Assembly: GCA_963707655.1 (NCBI GenBank)
Contig: OY970172.1
Coordinates: 704,001-768,000, forward strand
DNA: 64,000 bases
Source of the DNA: an uncultured bacterium
GTDB taxonomy: Bacteria; Babelota; Babeliae; Babelales; Vermiphilaceae
Direction of reading: 5' to 3'
Shown one piece after another: positions 49,560 through 59,438 of this stretch. The position numbers and the translations under genes are program-made. The notes under the pieces are model-generated. The model saw only the letters and a program-made list of their open reading frames with translations, searched no databases and was not told the DNA's origin. How positions within the stretch are numbered: the stretch's first letter is position 1; every line of letters starts with the position of its first letter.

Positions 49560-51272
49560 TCAAGCCCAAGGGGTTTCTTCTCTTTTTTTAAGTAACTTAA
49601 TCGCTGTATCACCTTTTTTATTAACGTGATGAACATTAATTCCTGGAGTGTTTAAAAGAAGCTCAACAATATTTTGGCTATTTACACAATCAGCATACTC
49701 TTTTTTGTCGCTTTCTCTATACAAGGTCTTTATAGACTGTATAGCATTTATAAGAGCTGTATCCCCTGAGTCATTAGCATAGTTGATGTTAATCCCTGGC
49801 GCTTGCAAAAGAGCTCGCACCGCATCAATATTATGGCGTCGTATAGCGTGCATGAGGGGAGTATCTTTATTCTCGCCTACATGATTAACATTCGTGTTCG
49901 CTTTTAAAAGAGCCTGTAAAATTTCTGTTCTCTCCTGCTCGGGACGATAACTGTAGCTATGATGGCTCATAACTTCAATAAGAGGAGTATTTCCAACCTC
50001 ATCTGCACGATTAACATCAGCACCTGCTTGTATAAGATCTTTCACCACGGCTGCACGGCCTTCTTGTGCGGCACGTATAAGAGCTGTTGCCTTGCGTTTA
50101 CCTGCACGATTAACATCAGCACCTGCCTTTATAAGTTCTCGCACCACGCCTGCATGACCTTCTGCGGCGGCCCGCATAAGAACTGTTTCACCGAGCCCAT
50201 TTACAGTATTAACATTAGCGCCTGCTTGTATAAGCTCGCGTACCACCTCTGCATGGCCTTTTTGCGCAGCAACCCGAAGAAGACAATTGATATCATCATT
50301 TTTATTTTTTGCCTTTATGAGCTCTCTTACAATACCTACATAACCACGCGAGGCAGCATAGTATGAAAGTGGGACCGTTTCATCCCTATCCCAGTCGCCA
50401 TCGTGCAGAGAGTAAGTAATTCCTTCATTAACATTAGCACCAGCAGCCACGAGAGCTTTGAAAACTTCAGTATAGCCACCTCTTGCAGCCTCTACAAGAG
50501 GAGTCCTACCAGATTTGTCTGCGATATTAACATCAGCACCCTCAGCTATAAGAAATTTAACAGTTTCCGTATGACCGCGAGCCGCAGCCTGGAAAAGAGC
50601 ACTACTCTTAGACCCCGATGCGGCACCCGCATCTATAAGAACTTTAACAGTTTCCGTATGACCGCGATCCGCAGCTTTTACAAGAGCAGCACTACACCCA
50701 GGCCGACTATTGATATGAGCACCCTCAGCTATAAGAATTTTAACAATGTCGGTATGGCCTTCTCCGCAAGCCGCTACAAGAGCACTATACTCGGACTCAA
50801 ACCCAGCATTAATATCAGCGCCTGCCTGTACAAGAGCTTTAACAATGTCTGCATGGCCTTTTCCGCAAGCCGCTACAAGAGCCGAAAAAGCGTTCTCAGG
50901 CTTATGATTAACATCAGCCCCTTTCTGTATAAGAACTTTAACAATGTCTGCATGGCCTGCATGTATAGCCTTTATAAGAGGAGTAAGACCTCTGTGATCT
51001 CCAGCATTAACATCAACGCCCGCAGCTATAAAAGCTTTGACCGTGTCGGTGTCGCCTCCCTTTAGAGCTTCAAGGAACTTATCATGGTCATGGGGATCTT
51101 TTGTTGAAGCAGATTGGGTAAGACCAGTAAAAAAATCGCTAATTGCGCTCGAGATATAACGAATAACAAGCCCAGGGCGATCTTCTACTGGAGCAGATGG
51201 AAACAAATATTCACCAAGCCAAATACAAAAAACAAAAAGTACAGCTACAAGAATCTTTTTGGATAACTTCAC
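49560..51272 (-). CDS. Ankyrin-repeat protein with N-terminal hydrophobic anchor/signal
   Basis: More than 10 repeats of G.T.L..AA..GH...V..LI.AGADVN. Confidence 0.93.
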   Translation of the reverse strand: MKLSKKILVAVLFVFCIWLGEYLFPSAPVEDRPGLVIRYISSAISDFFTGLTQSASTKDPHDHDKFLEALKGGDTDTVKAFIAAGVDVNAGDHRGLTPLIKAIHAGHADIVKVLIQKGADVNHKPENAFSALVAACGKGHADIVKALVQAGADINAGFESEYSALVAACGEGHTDIVKILIAEGAHINSRPGCSAALVKAADRGHTETVKVLIDAGAASGSKSSALFQAAARGHTETVKFLIAEGADVNIADKSGRTPLVEAARGGYTEVFKALVAAGANVNEGITYSLHDGDWDRDETVPLSYYAASRGYVGIVRELIKAKNKNDDINCLLRVAAQKGHAEVVRELIQAGANVNTVNGLGETVLMRAAAEGHAGVVRELIKAGADVNRAGKRKATALIRAAQEGRAAVVKDLIQAGADVNRADEVGNTPLIEVMSHHSYSYRPEQERTEILQALLKANTNVNHVGENKDTPLMHAIRRHNIDAVRALLQAPGININYANDSGDTALINAIQSIKTLYRESDKKEYADCVNSQNIVELLLNTPGINVHHVNKKGDTAIKLLKKREETPWA

Positions 51273-51533
51273 GATAAAACCTCAATGAATAACGTTTTGA
51301 AAAACATGTCCAAGGCGGAGTCTATGGCCCTTTCCTAATCAGCTTCGTATGAGCTTTAGTAGGGCACCTCCCGTCACCAACATGCCAATCGGGGGGGCGG
51401 TATAGTGAAGGCCTTCCATTTGAATTAAATAGTAATACTTTAGTATACTTTTTATAGCTGAATGAGCAAATTTAGGGGCGCTTCAGGGCTATCTTGCGGA
51501 ACAAGGCGAGTCATATATCGTGTAGAAATGAAG

Positions 51534-51608
51534 TGGCGTCCCCAGGGAGAATCGAACTCCCATTACCGCCGTGAAAGGGCGGTGTCCTAACCGTTAGACG
51601 ATGGGGAC
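51534..51608 (-). tRNA. tRNA-Glu (anticodon TTC)
   Basis: Reverse complement GTCCCCATCGTCTAACGGTTAGGACACCGCCCTTTCACGGCGGTAATGGGAGTTCGATTCTCCCTGGGGACGCCA. Confidence 0.96.
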
Positions 51609-51670
51609 GCGTATAGAATTGTATTGTGCCAGTCGCATGTCCGCCGAAGCGTTATGCGAAAACTGGCAGA

Positions 51671-51718
51671 GCCAGACGTAGTCTGCCAAGCCGGTAGGCC
51701 TGGATAGACGAAGACTGG
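51671..51718. repeat. tRNA-trailer palindromic element overlapping the tRNA-Lys CCA end
   Basis: Related to 26069-26116; ccag..cgta-gtct...agac-gaag..ctgg. Confidence 0.7.
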
Positions 51719-51791
51719 TGAGCCGCGTTGGAATCGAACCAACGACCCACAGCTTAAAAGGCTGTTGCTCTACCGACTGAGCTAGCGGCTC
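51716..51791 (-). tRNA. tRNA-Lys (anticodon TTT)
   Basis: Reverse complement GAGCCGCTAGCTCAGTCGGTAGAGCAACAGCCTTTTAAGCTGTGGGTCGTTGGTTCGATTCCAACGCGGCTCACCA. Confidence 0.96.
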
Positions 51792-51849
51792 ACACAAATT
51801 ATTAAAATTTCAAAAGAAAGAAATGAATTTTTTTGCAATTCACTACTAG

Positions 51850-51878
51850 AATGTATAAATTCATCATCTTTTTGTCAA
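51850..51878 (-). promoter_or_regulatory. Sigma70-like promoter for the tRNA-Lys/tRNA-Glu operon
   Basis: TTGACA-17 nt-TACATT on - strand. Confidence 0.6.
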
Positions 51879-51907
51879 GAAAAACAATATTTTATTATAT
51901 ATGTTCT

Positions 51908-53269
51908 TTATTTGCTCGGCAGTATTAATTGACTGATATAACAGTAAATCAATGTTCCCAAAAGATCCATTAATGTTGCCAAAAATGGTCCCGCCGAAAA
52001 TGCCGGGTCTATATTAAGCCTTTTAAGCAGCAGTGGAATTAAGCTACCCAAATTTACGGCAAAAAAGACAATGGCATAGAGTGCAGAACTGATCACCACA
52101 CTATACAGCAAGCTGCCGGTCGTCAAATATGCGCGCACAAAGCCAACACTGGCGAGTGCAAACGCCAAAAGAAGCGACATGAAAAATTCTCTGCGTAAAA
52201 AACGAAAAATATTAGTTGAACGTAATTCACCGGCCATCAACCCTTGAATAACTACTGCTGAAGTTTGTGAGCTAGAATTCCCTCCAGCGCCTACAAGCAT
52301 GGTGGTAAAAAACATCAATGGAACGATCATGGTATTTTCAAACGAACGCATAATAATAGCTGCAAACGATTGGGTAATCAGCAAAGTGATTAAAATTGAG
52401 CTGCGCTCGACAAAAAGACGCAAAAATGAGGTATCAAAATAGGCATATTTCATGGGAGCCAAGGCAGACATTTTTTGCAAATCCTCGCTGGCCTCTTCAA
52501 CCAATACATGAATTAAAGTTCCGCTTGGAATCACCCCCAAAAAATGATTGCCATCGCCGACTACCGGGATAGTGATTAAATCATAGTGCACCATTTTGCC
52601 GGCAATTTGTTCACGGTCCTCATCGGCCCGCGCCACAAATTCAGTATCTTTCATAATGGTAGAAATGCGTGCATTGGGACGGTGCAACACTAAATCTTCA
52701 AGCTTAATATACCCTACCAAGCGATGGGCTCTGTCAGTTATGTAAATCTGCTGATGAATATCTTTACTCAGCTGCAGGCGCTGCATCAACTTAATACTTT
52801 TTTCTACGGTAAAGTCTTCCATCAAAGTAAAGACCTCTGTTTCCATGATACCGCCGGCAGACTCCGGATGAAATTTCATCAACGAAAGCACTCTTTGTCG
52901 CGCTTTTTTGTGGAGCAAATTTAAATTCTCTTTCAACTCATGATCAGAAAAGAGATCAAAAAGATCGGTGAGCTCATCTGCAGGGAGGCCGTTCAGTGCT
53001 TCAGCCTGTTCATGCTCCGTCATAAAAGAGAGGCTTTGTGCCTTCATAACGTCAGAAAAATCATTAAAGACATCCAGCTTGAGCGTCTTGGGAAGCCGCT
53101 CAAAGAGTTGCTGAAAAATTTCGGGTGAGCTGTCGGTAAAAAAATTTGCAATATCGGCCGGATGAAGATCAATAAATTCTTGCCAGAGAGGTTTACCCAG
53201 GGTTGGGTCTTCTTGCAAAACAGCCTGCATATTGTCTCTCATTTCTTGCAGAATATTTTTAGCATCCAT
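51908..53269 (-). CDS. mgtE: Magnesium transporter MgtE
   Basis: LHPADIA, PESAGGIM, CBS pair, GGNSSSQ, DPAFSAGPFLATLMD. Confidence 0.94.
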   Translation of the reverse strand: MDAKNILQEMRDNMQAVLQEDPTLGKPLWQEFIDLHPADIANFFTDSSPEIFQQLFERLPKTLKLDVFNDFSDVMKAQSLSFMTEHEQAEALNGLPADELTDLFDLFSDHELKENLNLLHKKARQRVLSLMKFHPESAGGIMETEVFTLMEDFTVEKSIKLMQRLQLSKDIHQQIYITDRAHRLVGYIKLEDLVLHRPNARISTIMKDTEFVARADEDREQIAGKMVHYDLITIPVVGDGNHFLGVIPSGTLIHVLVEEASEDLQKMSALAPMKYAYFDTSFLRLFVERSSILITLLITQSFAAIIMRSFENTMIVPLMFFTTMLVGAGGNSSSQTSAVVIQGLMAGELRSTNIFRFLRREFFMSLLLAFALASVGFVRAYLTTGSLLYSVVISSALYAIVFFAVNLGSLIPLLLKRLNIDPAFSAGPFLATLMDLLGTLIYCYISQLILPSK

Positions 53270-53455
53270 AAGTGCCCCCTCCAACGGTCCAGAATTTATT
53301 ATTCCACCGCCGTGAACATTGGTTTATCTGTTCTTTTATTTCTTTTAGTACCATACTAAAGCATTCACTTCTCAATGTCTATGCTAATTCACCATTTGAC
53401 TTTAAAATCCAATATTTTAAGCTAAATAAAGGGGTTTTATAAACAGAGGGACATT

Positions 53456-54439
53456 ATGACGCAACCATTATCAATACTATCAAATAGCATTTTTACCTTT
53501 CAGGTAAAAGCCGATCAGGCAGCATGGCGCCTTGACAAGTTCATGGTTACCCAATTTCCCGCATATTCGCGTACTTTTCTGCAAGAAGTCATTAGCAATA
53601 GCCTGATTACTATTAATGGTATATCAGTGAGCAAATCAAGCGCACAGCTTAAAGAGCATGACATTATTAAGGTGACGTTTCCTCCCGCTGCCACGCAAGC
53701 CACTCAAAACGCGGCCAAAAAAGATTATTCTTACAATATTTCTATTGTAGCCAAAGAGGAACACTTTCTGATCATCAATAAGCCTGCCGGCCTGATGGTG
53801 CACAAAGCAGAAGGCAGTGATAGTGAGCCTACTGTTGTTGACTGGATCATCAATAATTTTGAAGAAATCAAACACGTGGGCGCTATTGATCGTCCCGGCA
53901 TTGTACATCGCCTTGACAAAGAGACCTCCGGCCTTTTAGTTATTCCCCGCACCAACCACGCTCACACTCAGTTTGGCGCCATGTTTAAGGACCGCACCAT
54001 TCACAAAACATATCTTGCTCTTGTGCACGGAGCGCCGCCACAAGAGGGAACTATAAACCTTCCTGTTGGCCGCCATCCAACACTGCGCCACAAAATGACC
54101 ACTTTTGCCCCCCACGATCGAAAATCAGGAATTATTCGTGATGCAATAACGCACTACAAAGTTTTACGCTATTTTAAGGATGCGGCGCTGGTGGAAGCCA
54201 AGCCGGTAACCGGCCGCACCCATCAAATCAGAGTACATTTTGCTGCGTTGGGCCACAGCCTTTTGGGGGACAAAACCTACGGGAGAGCATCAAAACTGAT
54301 ACACAGACACGCGCTGCATGCCCATGCCATTGAATTTGAATTTGAAAACAAGAGCCATCTGTTCACCTGTCCACTACCACAAGATTTTGAATCAACGCTA
54401 GATAATTTAGAAGCTGTTGTGCTAAAATTGGTCCAATAA
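53456..54439 (+). CDS. rluD: RluA/RluD-family RNA pseudouridine synthase (S4 domain)
   Basis: RLDKF S4 start, INKPAGLMVH, RPGIVHRLDKETSG, TGRTHQIRVH. Confidence 0.9.
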   Translation: MTQPLSILSNSIFTFQVKADQAAWRLDKFMVTQFPAYSRTFLQEVISNSLITINGISVSKSSAQLKEHDIIKVTFPPAATQATQNAAKKDYSYNISIVAKEEHFLIINKPAGLMVHKAEGSDSEPTVVDWIINNFEEIKHVGAIDRPGIVHRLDKETSGLLVIPRTNHAHTQFGAMFKDRTIHKTYLALVHGAPPQEGTINLPVGRHPTLRHKMTTFAPHDRKSGIIRDAITHYKVLRYFKDAALVEAKPVTGRTHQIRVHFAALGHSLLGDKTYGRASKLIHRHALHAHAIEFEFENKSHLFTCPLPQDFESTLDNLEAVVLKLVQ

Positions 54440-54519
54440 AAGCGTAATTGCAACGAGATAGAGCTCTATCAAAAAGAAGCACGATGGCCTAGACTGAACC
54501 GTAGAAAAAAGGGGATTTC

Positions 54520-55071
54520 ATGAAGCAATCACGATGGCTCATTGGTATCATGTTCTACGCAGCACTATCACATGGTGCATATGTCTATAGTATGGAAGAA
54601 GCATCTGATAGGGACTCTACAAGTGGTCCGAGACGTTTTCATGACTACGTTGCATCACGCGTGAAAGATCTCGGGTCAGAAATCTCTTCCCCCATACCTA
54701 TCGACGCATTGAGCTATTGCGAAAAAAAATATCATACAAATAAACCCTTGCTAAAAACAGATTCATTTGGATTATCACTTAATGATTATCACAACTTGTA
54801 CAAAGTAGCGCATGGAAAAAAAGGTGGAAAAACATTACGACGAATCTTAAAAAGGGTGCCTTACAAATCTATTGCTATAAGGACTGATTCTGGGAGATTC
54901 ACCGCTCTTCTACGTGAAAAAGAAATTATTGTTAAGATTCTTATGGATGAACATCATGAATTCTTATCTCGCTATAAGCGTAACTGGCCCATTACCTTTC
55001 TGCAAGAAAAGCGATTCAAAGCGCTCCGCAAATATGAAAACTACCCTTTTTTTATTAATGATCCGATATAA
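54520..55071 (+). CDS. Secreted hypothetical protein, distant member of the 2168-4592 orphan family
   Basis: GLSLNDYHNLYKVAHGKK and DEHHEFL match family motifs; signal ending VYS-MEE. Confidence 0.72.
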   Translation: MKQSRWLIGIMFYAALSHGAYVYSMEEASDRDSTSGPRRFHDYVASRVKDLGSEISSPIPIDALSYCEKKYHTNKPLLKTDSFGLSLNDYHNLYKVAHGKKGGKTLRRILKRVPYKSIAIRTDSGRFTALLREKEIIVKILMDEHHEFLSRYKRNWPITFLQEKRFKALRKYENYPFFINDPI

Positions 55072-55166
55072 AAAATGAAATCGGCTGGGAACGTATTCAT
55101 GTTTGAGCGCCTGTTGGGCAACTCGTACAGATAGTGCGACGAATGATGCCCCCGAACAAACAATAT

Positions 55167-55685
55167 TCAATCAATTTTGTGTCTTGCCCGTTGCTCTGCC
55201 AAGAGTTCCACCTTATCCTCATCTTCCCAAGATAGCGCTACCATCTTCATGCCTCTTGAGGCCACCAAGACACCCAAAACAGATAAGCAAACGTACGGAC
55301 CGCATGCATAAAGATCAGTGGTAGGGATTTCTGGGCGCGTAAATAAGGCACCCCCTACTGTAGCAAACCCTGCACAACACCACAGCGCTCCACACTCGCA
55401 CCCATAAGAAGCTTTATCTCGACCTTCACACATCAAGTCTCTACTTCGATTATGAAAATCCTCGTCCTGCATGTACTCGTGAATATTTTTCCGTAGTTCT
55501 CGCAGAGAGCCAAGACTTTTAAAATCAGTTGGCAATCGGTGAGCAACGGGTCCTTGCTCAGCAAACACCACTTCTTCTTGAGGTGATTTATTTTTGTGAC
55601 GCCGCACCGTGGGGCTTTCAGAATTTTCTGATGTTCCTGCAATCGATACCACGCAGAGTAAGAAAATAATGGAGAGAGAGTTCAT
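55167..55685 (-). CDS. Hypothetical protein with signal peptide and Cys-rich hydrophobic hairpin
   Basis: Signal peptide; two Cys-containing hydrophobic segments in the C-terminal half. Confidence 0.65.
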   Translation of the reverse strand: MNSLSIIFLLCVVSIAGTSENSESPTVRRHKNKSPQEEVVFAEQGPVAHRLPTDFKSLGSLRELRKNIHEYMQDEDFHNRSRDLMCEGRDKASYGCECGALWCCAGFATVGGALFTRPEIPTTDLYACGPYVCLSVLGVLVASRGMKMVALSWEDEDKVELLAEQRARHKID

Positions 55686-55943
55686 ATACAATTTCCTTGG
55701 GCTATTTTGCATGTATTCATATTCTTGCTGCCATTGTCTTATTTGTTCGAGTGCAGTATATCCTCACTTTGAAATCATGCAAATGAAAAGCTTCTCTCTT
55801 TCGTGCAGATGCGTGCACTCATGCGCCCGCCGGTCAAATTAAATCAAAAACAGATCATGAAAATAAATTCAGAATGCACTATTCAAAACCAAAGCAAAAA
55901 AAATTTTCTTGCATTTTTCTGAAAGATCAATAGCATTGTGCTC

Positions 55944-56012
55944 GAGCTAAGAAGGAATTGTAGTAATGAAGCGGTCCCCAAAACGGACCTTTACACTCCT
56001 TAGCTCTTTTTT
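55944..56012 (+). ncRNA. Candidate small structured RNA
   Basis: TTGCAT-16 nt-TAGCAT just upstream; GAGCTAAG/CTTAGCTC closing stem, inner TGTA/TACA and GGTCC/GGACC stems, then T6. Confidence 0.4.
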
Positions 56013-56028
56013 ATGCAAATGCTATCTT

Positions 56029-56793
56029 CTAGCAAACATCCGCAGCTTTTAACCTGTTCTTCTTACGCTTATTTTTTTGATATGTATATTTCTTCGTCTG
56101 CATGTTTGATTCTTTATTGTTCTTGATGATCGCTTCTTTGATCTGATCAAATTTTTTATCATATTGCTCAACAAGGGCCGGCTCTTGAATAATTACTACG
56201 TTCTCATGGTTGCGCTCGTTTGCCGATTTGGTCAAATTAAATGAACCGGTCCAGAGTAATGCTTTATCATGCACGTTCTTTTCAAAAACAAGAAATTTAT
56301 GATGCATGATCTCAGAAAACATACCACTTTCATTTTTTGGCTCGTACAGGTACACCATCAAGCCGGCATCTTTTAACATGTTGATTTTACTAAATTTTTC
56401 TCTGCTCGAAGCCCCATTTGCAATAATCTCTAAGCGTACCCCGCGCGCTTTTGCATCAATCAATGCCTGAGCAATAGATTTATCAGTTAACATAAAGATC
56501 GTTGCCTTGATACCGCTTTTTTCTTGCGCAATAAGATCAATCAATATCTTCTTTATATCATCATCCGGACTGAAAAAAGCCTGCTTAATGCCTGCGACTG
56601 ATGACGTGAACGGTAGATTACTTGAGCCCCGCTCTGCTGCTTGCGCGTCTTGCAATACATGCTGCTCTTTGGGCAAGCCAACAATGAAGTGTGTCTTGCC
56701 AAAAGTATGTACCGCATCACTGGCTGTAGTGATGCAAAGATTGCACAACAGGCTACTTAAAATTAGAGAAAAATATATACTCATCTGCTTCAT
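56029..56793 (-). CDS. Secreted single-domain phospholipase D / Nuc-Zucchini-family protein
   Basis: FFSPDD, IAQALIDAKARGV, MHHKFLVFE, WTGSFNLT.SA...NHEN. Confidence 0.85.
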   Translation of the reverse strand: MKQMSIYFSLILSSLLCNLCITTASDAVHTFGKTHFIVGLPKEQHVLQDAQAAERGSSNLPFTSSVAGIKQAFFSPDDDIKKILIDLIAQEKSGIKATIFMLTDKSIAQALIDAKARGVRLEIIANGASSREKFSKINMLKDAGLMVYLYEPKNESGMFSEIMHHKFLVFEKNVHDKALLWTGSFNLTKSANERNHENVVIIQEPALVEQYDKKFDQIKEAIIKNNKESNMQTKKYTYQKNKRKKNRLKAADVC

Positions 56794-56869
56794 GCCACTT
56801 CCTTTCAACTTCTATTCATATGAGAGCAGCTTTTTTCTCTGCTGTTATTGAAAAGATAAAACTATCTCT

Positions 56870-59419
56870 TCAAAATTTCCAACGAAATTCAACTTCTGCG
56901 CCAATATCGCGATGCTCATCACGAAATCCACGCACGGTGATCTCATCAGAAACAGCATACTCAGCTTCAAAACGAATATCTTCTGACAGACTAAAATTTT
57001 TCTGTATAAGAGCGTGCCAACGCTCGCCAATATCAATTTCTATGGCGCCGCGCAACCCTGCTCTGCCCGTCTGATCGCTAAAGCTGGGAATAAAGTGTAC
57101 GTGTTTAAAGGGAGAAAAAAGTTGATCAATAGCCGCATGCAGTTTTGAATCGCTATGCTCACTATCAAAAATGATATGCTTTACCGCATGCATAAGCGCA
57201 CTTGATAAAGCGCCGCCCAAAGAATCTTCTGAGCCACCAAGCAAGAGTGAAACAATTTGTTCGTGCGTAAGGGGTGGTGATGATTCAAGCAGTATTGTTG
57301 GCTGCTGCAGCAAGCCGCTGAGTGACATGGTAATGTTATATTTTTTAATTTTGTTCTTTGCTACAAACTCAATATAAGGATTACTGCCGCTGTCCGGCAA
57401 AAAATTCACCACCCCTTTGGTGATAAAAAGCGGTCGATATGGCAATGCTATGCTACCGGAAAGAATAGACATGCTGCCGCTCATTACCGGCTCTTTGACG
57501 GAGCCGGTGATAATGAGTCGAGTCTTTATATTAGTATCCAGCAGTGGCGTTCTCACCCGAATGGCTTCTTTGGTTTCAATGACTAAATCAATATCTGCAT
57601 CAAAGAGCGGTAATGATGTTTTTGTTTGAGAAAAAAGTTGTTTTTGAAATGCAGGTGAAAAAATATTTTCTTTAAATTGTGAACGATCAAAAAAGATATG
57701 CCCTTTCAAAGACGGACTCGCACCTTCACGCTTTTCACATACCACTGAGCCAGAGAGTATAGTAAATAAATCTTTTTTAAAATGAAGCAATACTGAATCA
57801 AAGACCAAAGGAGCATAGACAAACGTAGGCGCAAAGTTATCCTCGGCAAAGTGACACTGTAAATTTTTGCAAACAATCTCACCCCGATGTAATGTGGCGC
57901 GTAGATCAGTGCCGGTTATTTTTCTTTTGGCGCAATCAATAATAAATGATCCGCGCAGATCACTCATGCAATTGTACGTTTGCGGCAAACGAATTACCGC
58001 CGATTCTAAAGATATAGTGCTGGTAATTTTATTATCAGCATACTGTCCTTGCACACGCATGGTGCCATCGCCTTGTATATCAAGCTGGACACACTGTTTA
58101 ATCAGCCCTCGGATAAAAACAATCGGCATTTTTAAAGTGAATGTGGAGTTTTCTCCCGCTATGTGCGCCAGGGTGGTTTTTTTATTTTCACCATCGGTGA
58201 ATTCAACAGATGCGTCGAGCGTCATGCTGTTCCAATCAGAAACGGTGCATTGCAAAGAGCAGCTGTTTTCAGGAACAGTAAGCTCTACAAAAGGAGCTGT
58301 CAGCGGCGTGACATTATTAAGCGCAAGACAAATTGTGCGATCAGTGCTGTTAACCGCATAAGCTCCCGCAACATTCCCTTGGTCGGAACGTATGACCACA
58401 GAGCCGCTGAGCTCTTGCATGTTTCCCGCAAAAGTTATTTTCGCATCAGTGGTGCAAGGCAAAGCGGCATGGCAAATGTTATTGCACGCAAGAGAACCTT
58501 CTACCTTAAAACCATTATTAAGTTGCCCTTTTGCTTCCAGCTGACACAAGCCTGAAGCTTGATCTGCTCCCAAGAGCGGGCCGCACACAGATGATAATGA
58601 TGCAGTGCCAGCTACTTGGAACAGCCACGTATCATTGCTTTTAGTGAGCGTAATGTTATCAAGCGAGAGTGATTTATCAGCAATCGCCGCGGTACATGCT
58701 AATGCGTTATCTGCATAAGAAGCTGCAAGAGAACATTGTTGAGCGCTGAGTAAGGGCGATACATACACAAGCTCCGCTTGAGCCTTTAGCGGCTCATTTT
58801 CAGTACAATTGCAACTAAAACGACCGGCGCATTCTGTTAGCAAATGAGAGCCGTTGTTCGATGCTGCCGCATGATGCAATTGCATTCTTGCATCCAAGTT
58901 TTTTCCTCGCCGCTCAATAACGCAGCCCCACGAGCAGGAAAATTCTCTTTTGTTTGCATGGTCATGCATCGCAAATGAACCGTCTTGCACTTTTACGCAA
59001 TTGAGCGCTATAGCAACCGGCAACGGTGCATCTTCTATCATTTTTTGTATGTGTTCTTCGATGGCAAATGTACCATCTGAAAAGCCAGAATGAGCTAATA
59101 AGTTCTCCACTTCAATATCAAGCGCAATCGTTTTATGTGCGAGCAATTGCCACCAAGAAATATGCAGTATGAATTTTTTGCAATGCCACTGCCAATCACT
59201 GTTTTTATCATGCGGCATCATGCGCATGTTTTCAATAGAAATCGTGGGAGATATCAAGCTAAATGTGTGCAATCTTCCTGAAACCGAGCAGCCCAGCGCC
59301 TGCGCAAAAGAATTATTAATTTTGTTCTCGAGCCACGTGTGCAACCATGGCTCATTAAGAAAAAGAGTAAAAGCAGTCAGCGCGCCAATAGCTAAAGAGA
59401 GAATAATTTTTTTAATCAT
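56870..59419 (-). CDS. TamB/AsmA-like translocation and assembly module protein
   Basis: N-terminal TM, beta-rich body, C-terminal L.SSPPL...QI.SLLL.G and EVEFRWKF. Confidence 0.75.
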   Translation of the reverse strand: MIKKIILSLAIGALTAFTLFLNEPWLHTWLENKINNSFAQALGCSVSGRLHTFSLISPTISIENMRMMPHDKNSDWQWHCKKFILHISWWQLLAHKTIALDIEVENLLAHSGFSDGTFAIEEHIQKMIEDAPLPVAIALNCVKVQDGSFAMHDHANKREFSCSWGCVIERRGKNLDARMQLHHAAASNNGSHLLTECAGRFSCNCTENEPLKAQAELVYVSPLLSAQQCSLAASYADNALACTAAIADKSLSLDNITLTKSNDTWLFQVAGTASLSSVCGPLLGADQASGLCQLEAKGQLNNGFKVEGSLACNNICHAALPCTTDAKITFAGNMQELSGSVVIRSDQGNVAGAYAVNSTDRTICLALNNVTPLTAPFVELTVPENSCSLQCTVSDWNSMTLDASVEFTDGENKKTTLAHIAGENSTFTLKMPIVFIRGLIKQCVQLDIQGDGTMRVQGQYADNKITSTISLESAVIRLPQTYNCMSDLRGSFIIDCAKRKITGTDLRATLHRGEIVCKNLQCHFAEDNFAPTFVYAPLVFDSVLLHFKKDLFTILSGSVVCEKREGASPSLKGHIFFDRSQFKENIFSPAFQKQLFSQTKTSLPLFDADIDLVIETKEAIRVRTPLLDTNIKTRLIITGSVKEPVMSGSMSILSGSIALPYRPLFITKGVVNFLPDSGSNPYIEFVAKNKIKKYNITMSLSGLLQQPTILLESSPPLTHEQIVSLLLGGSEDSLGGALSSALMHAVKHIIFDSEHSDSKLHAAIDQLFSPFKHVHFIPSFSDQTGRAGLRGAIEIDIGERWHALIQKNFSLSEDIRFEAEYAVSDEITVRGFRDEHRDIGAEVEFRWKF

Positions 59420-59438
59420 AAAAATAATCGGGTACCAA

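Noticed and set aside
49959..51065. Repetitive + strand ORFs (135 and 220 aa)
   Set aside because: Antisense shadows of the ankyrin repeats.
42300..51534. Prophage or integrative element at tRNA-Glu
   Set aside because: No integrase, phage structural gene or duplicated tRNA 3' end seen; only the 53-bp direct repeat is supported.
51594..51797. 67-aa ORF
   Set aside because: Overlaps tRNA-Lys and tRNA-Glu.
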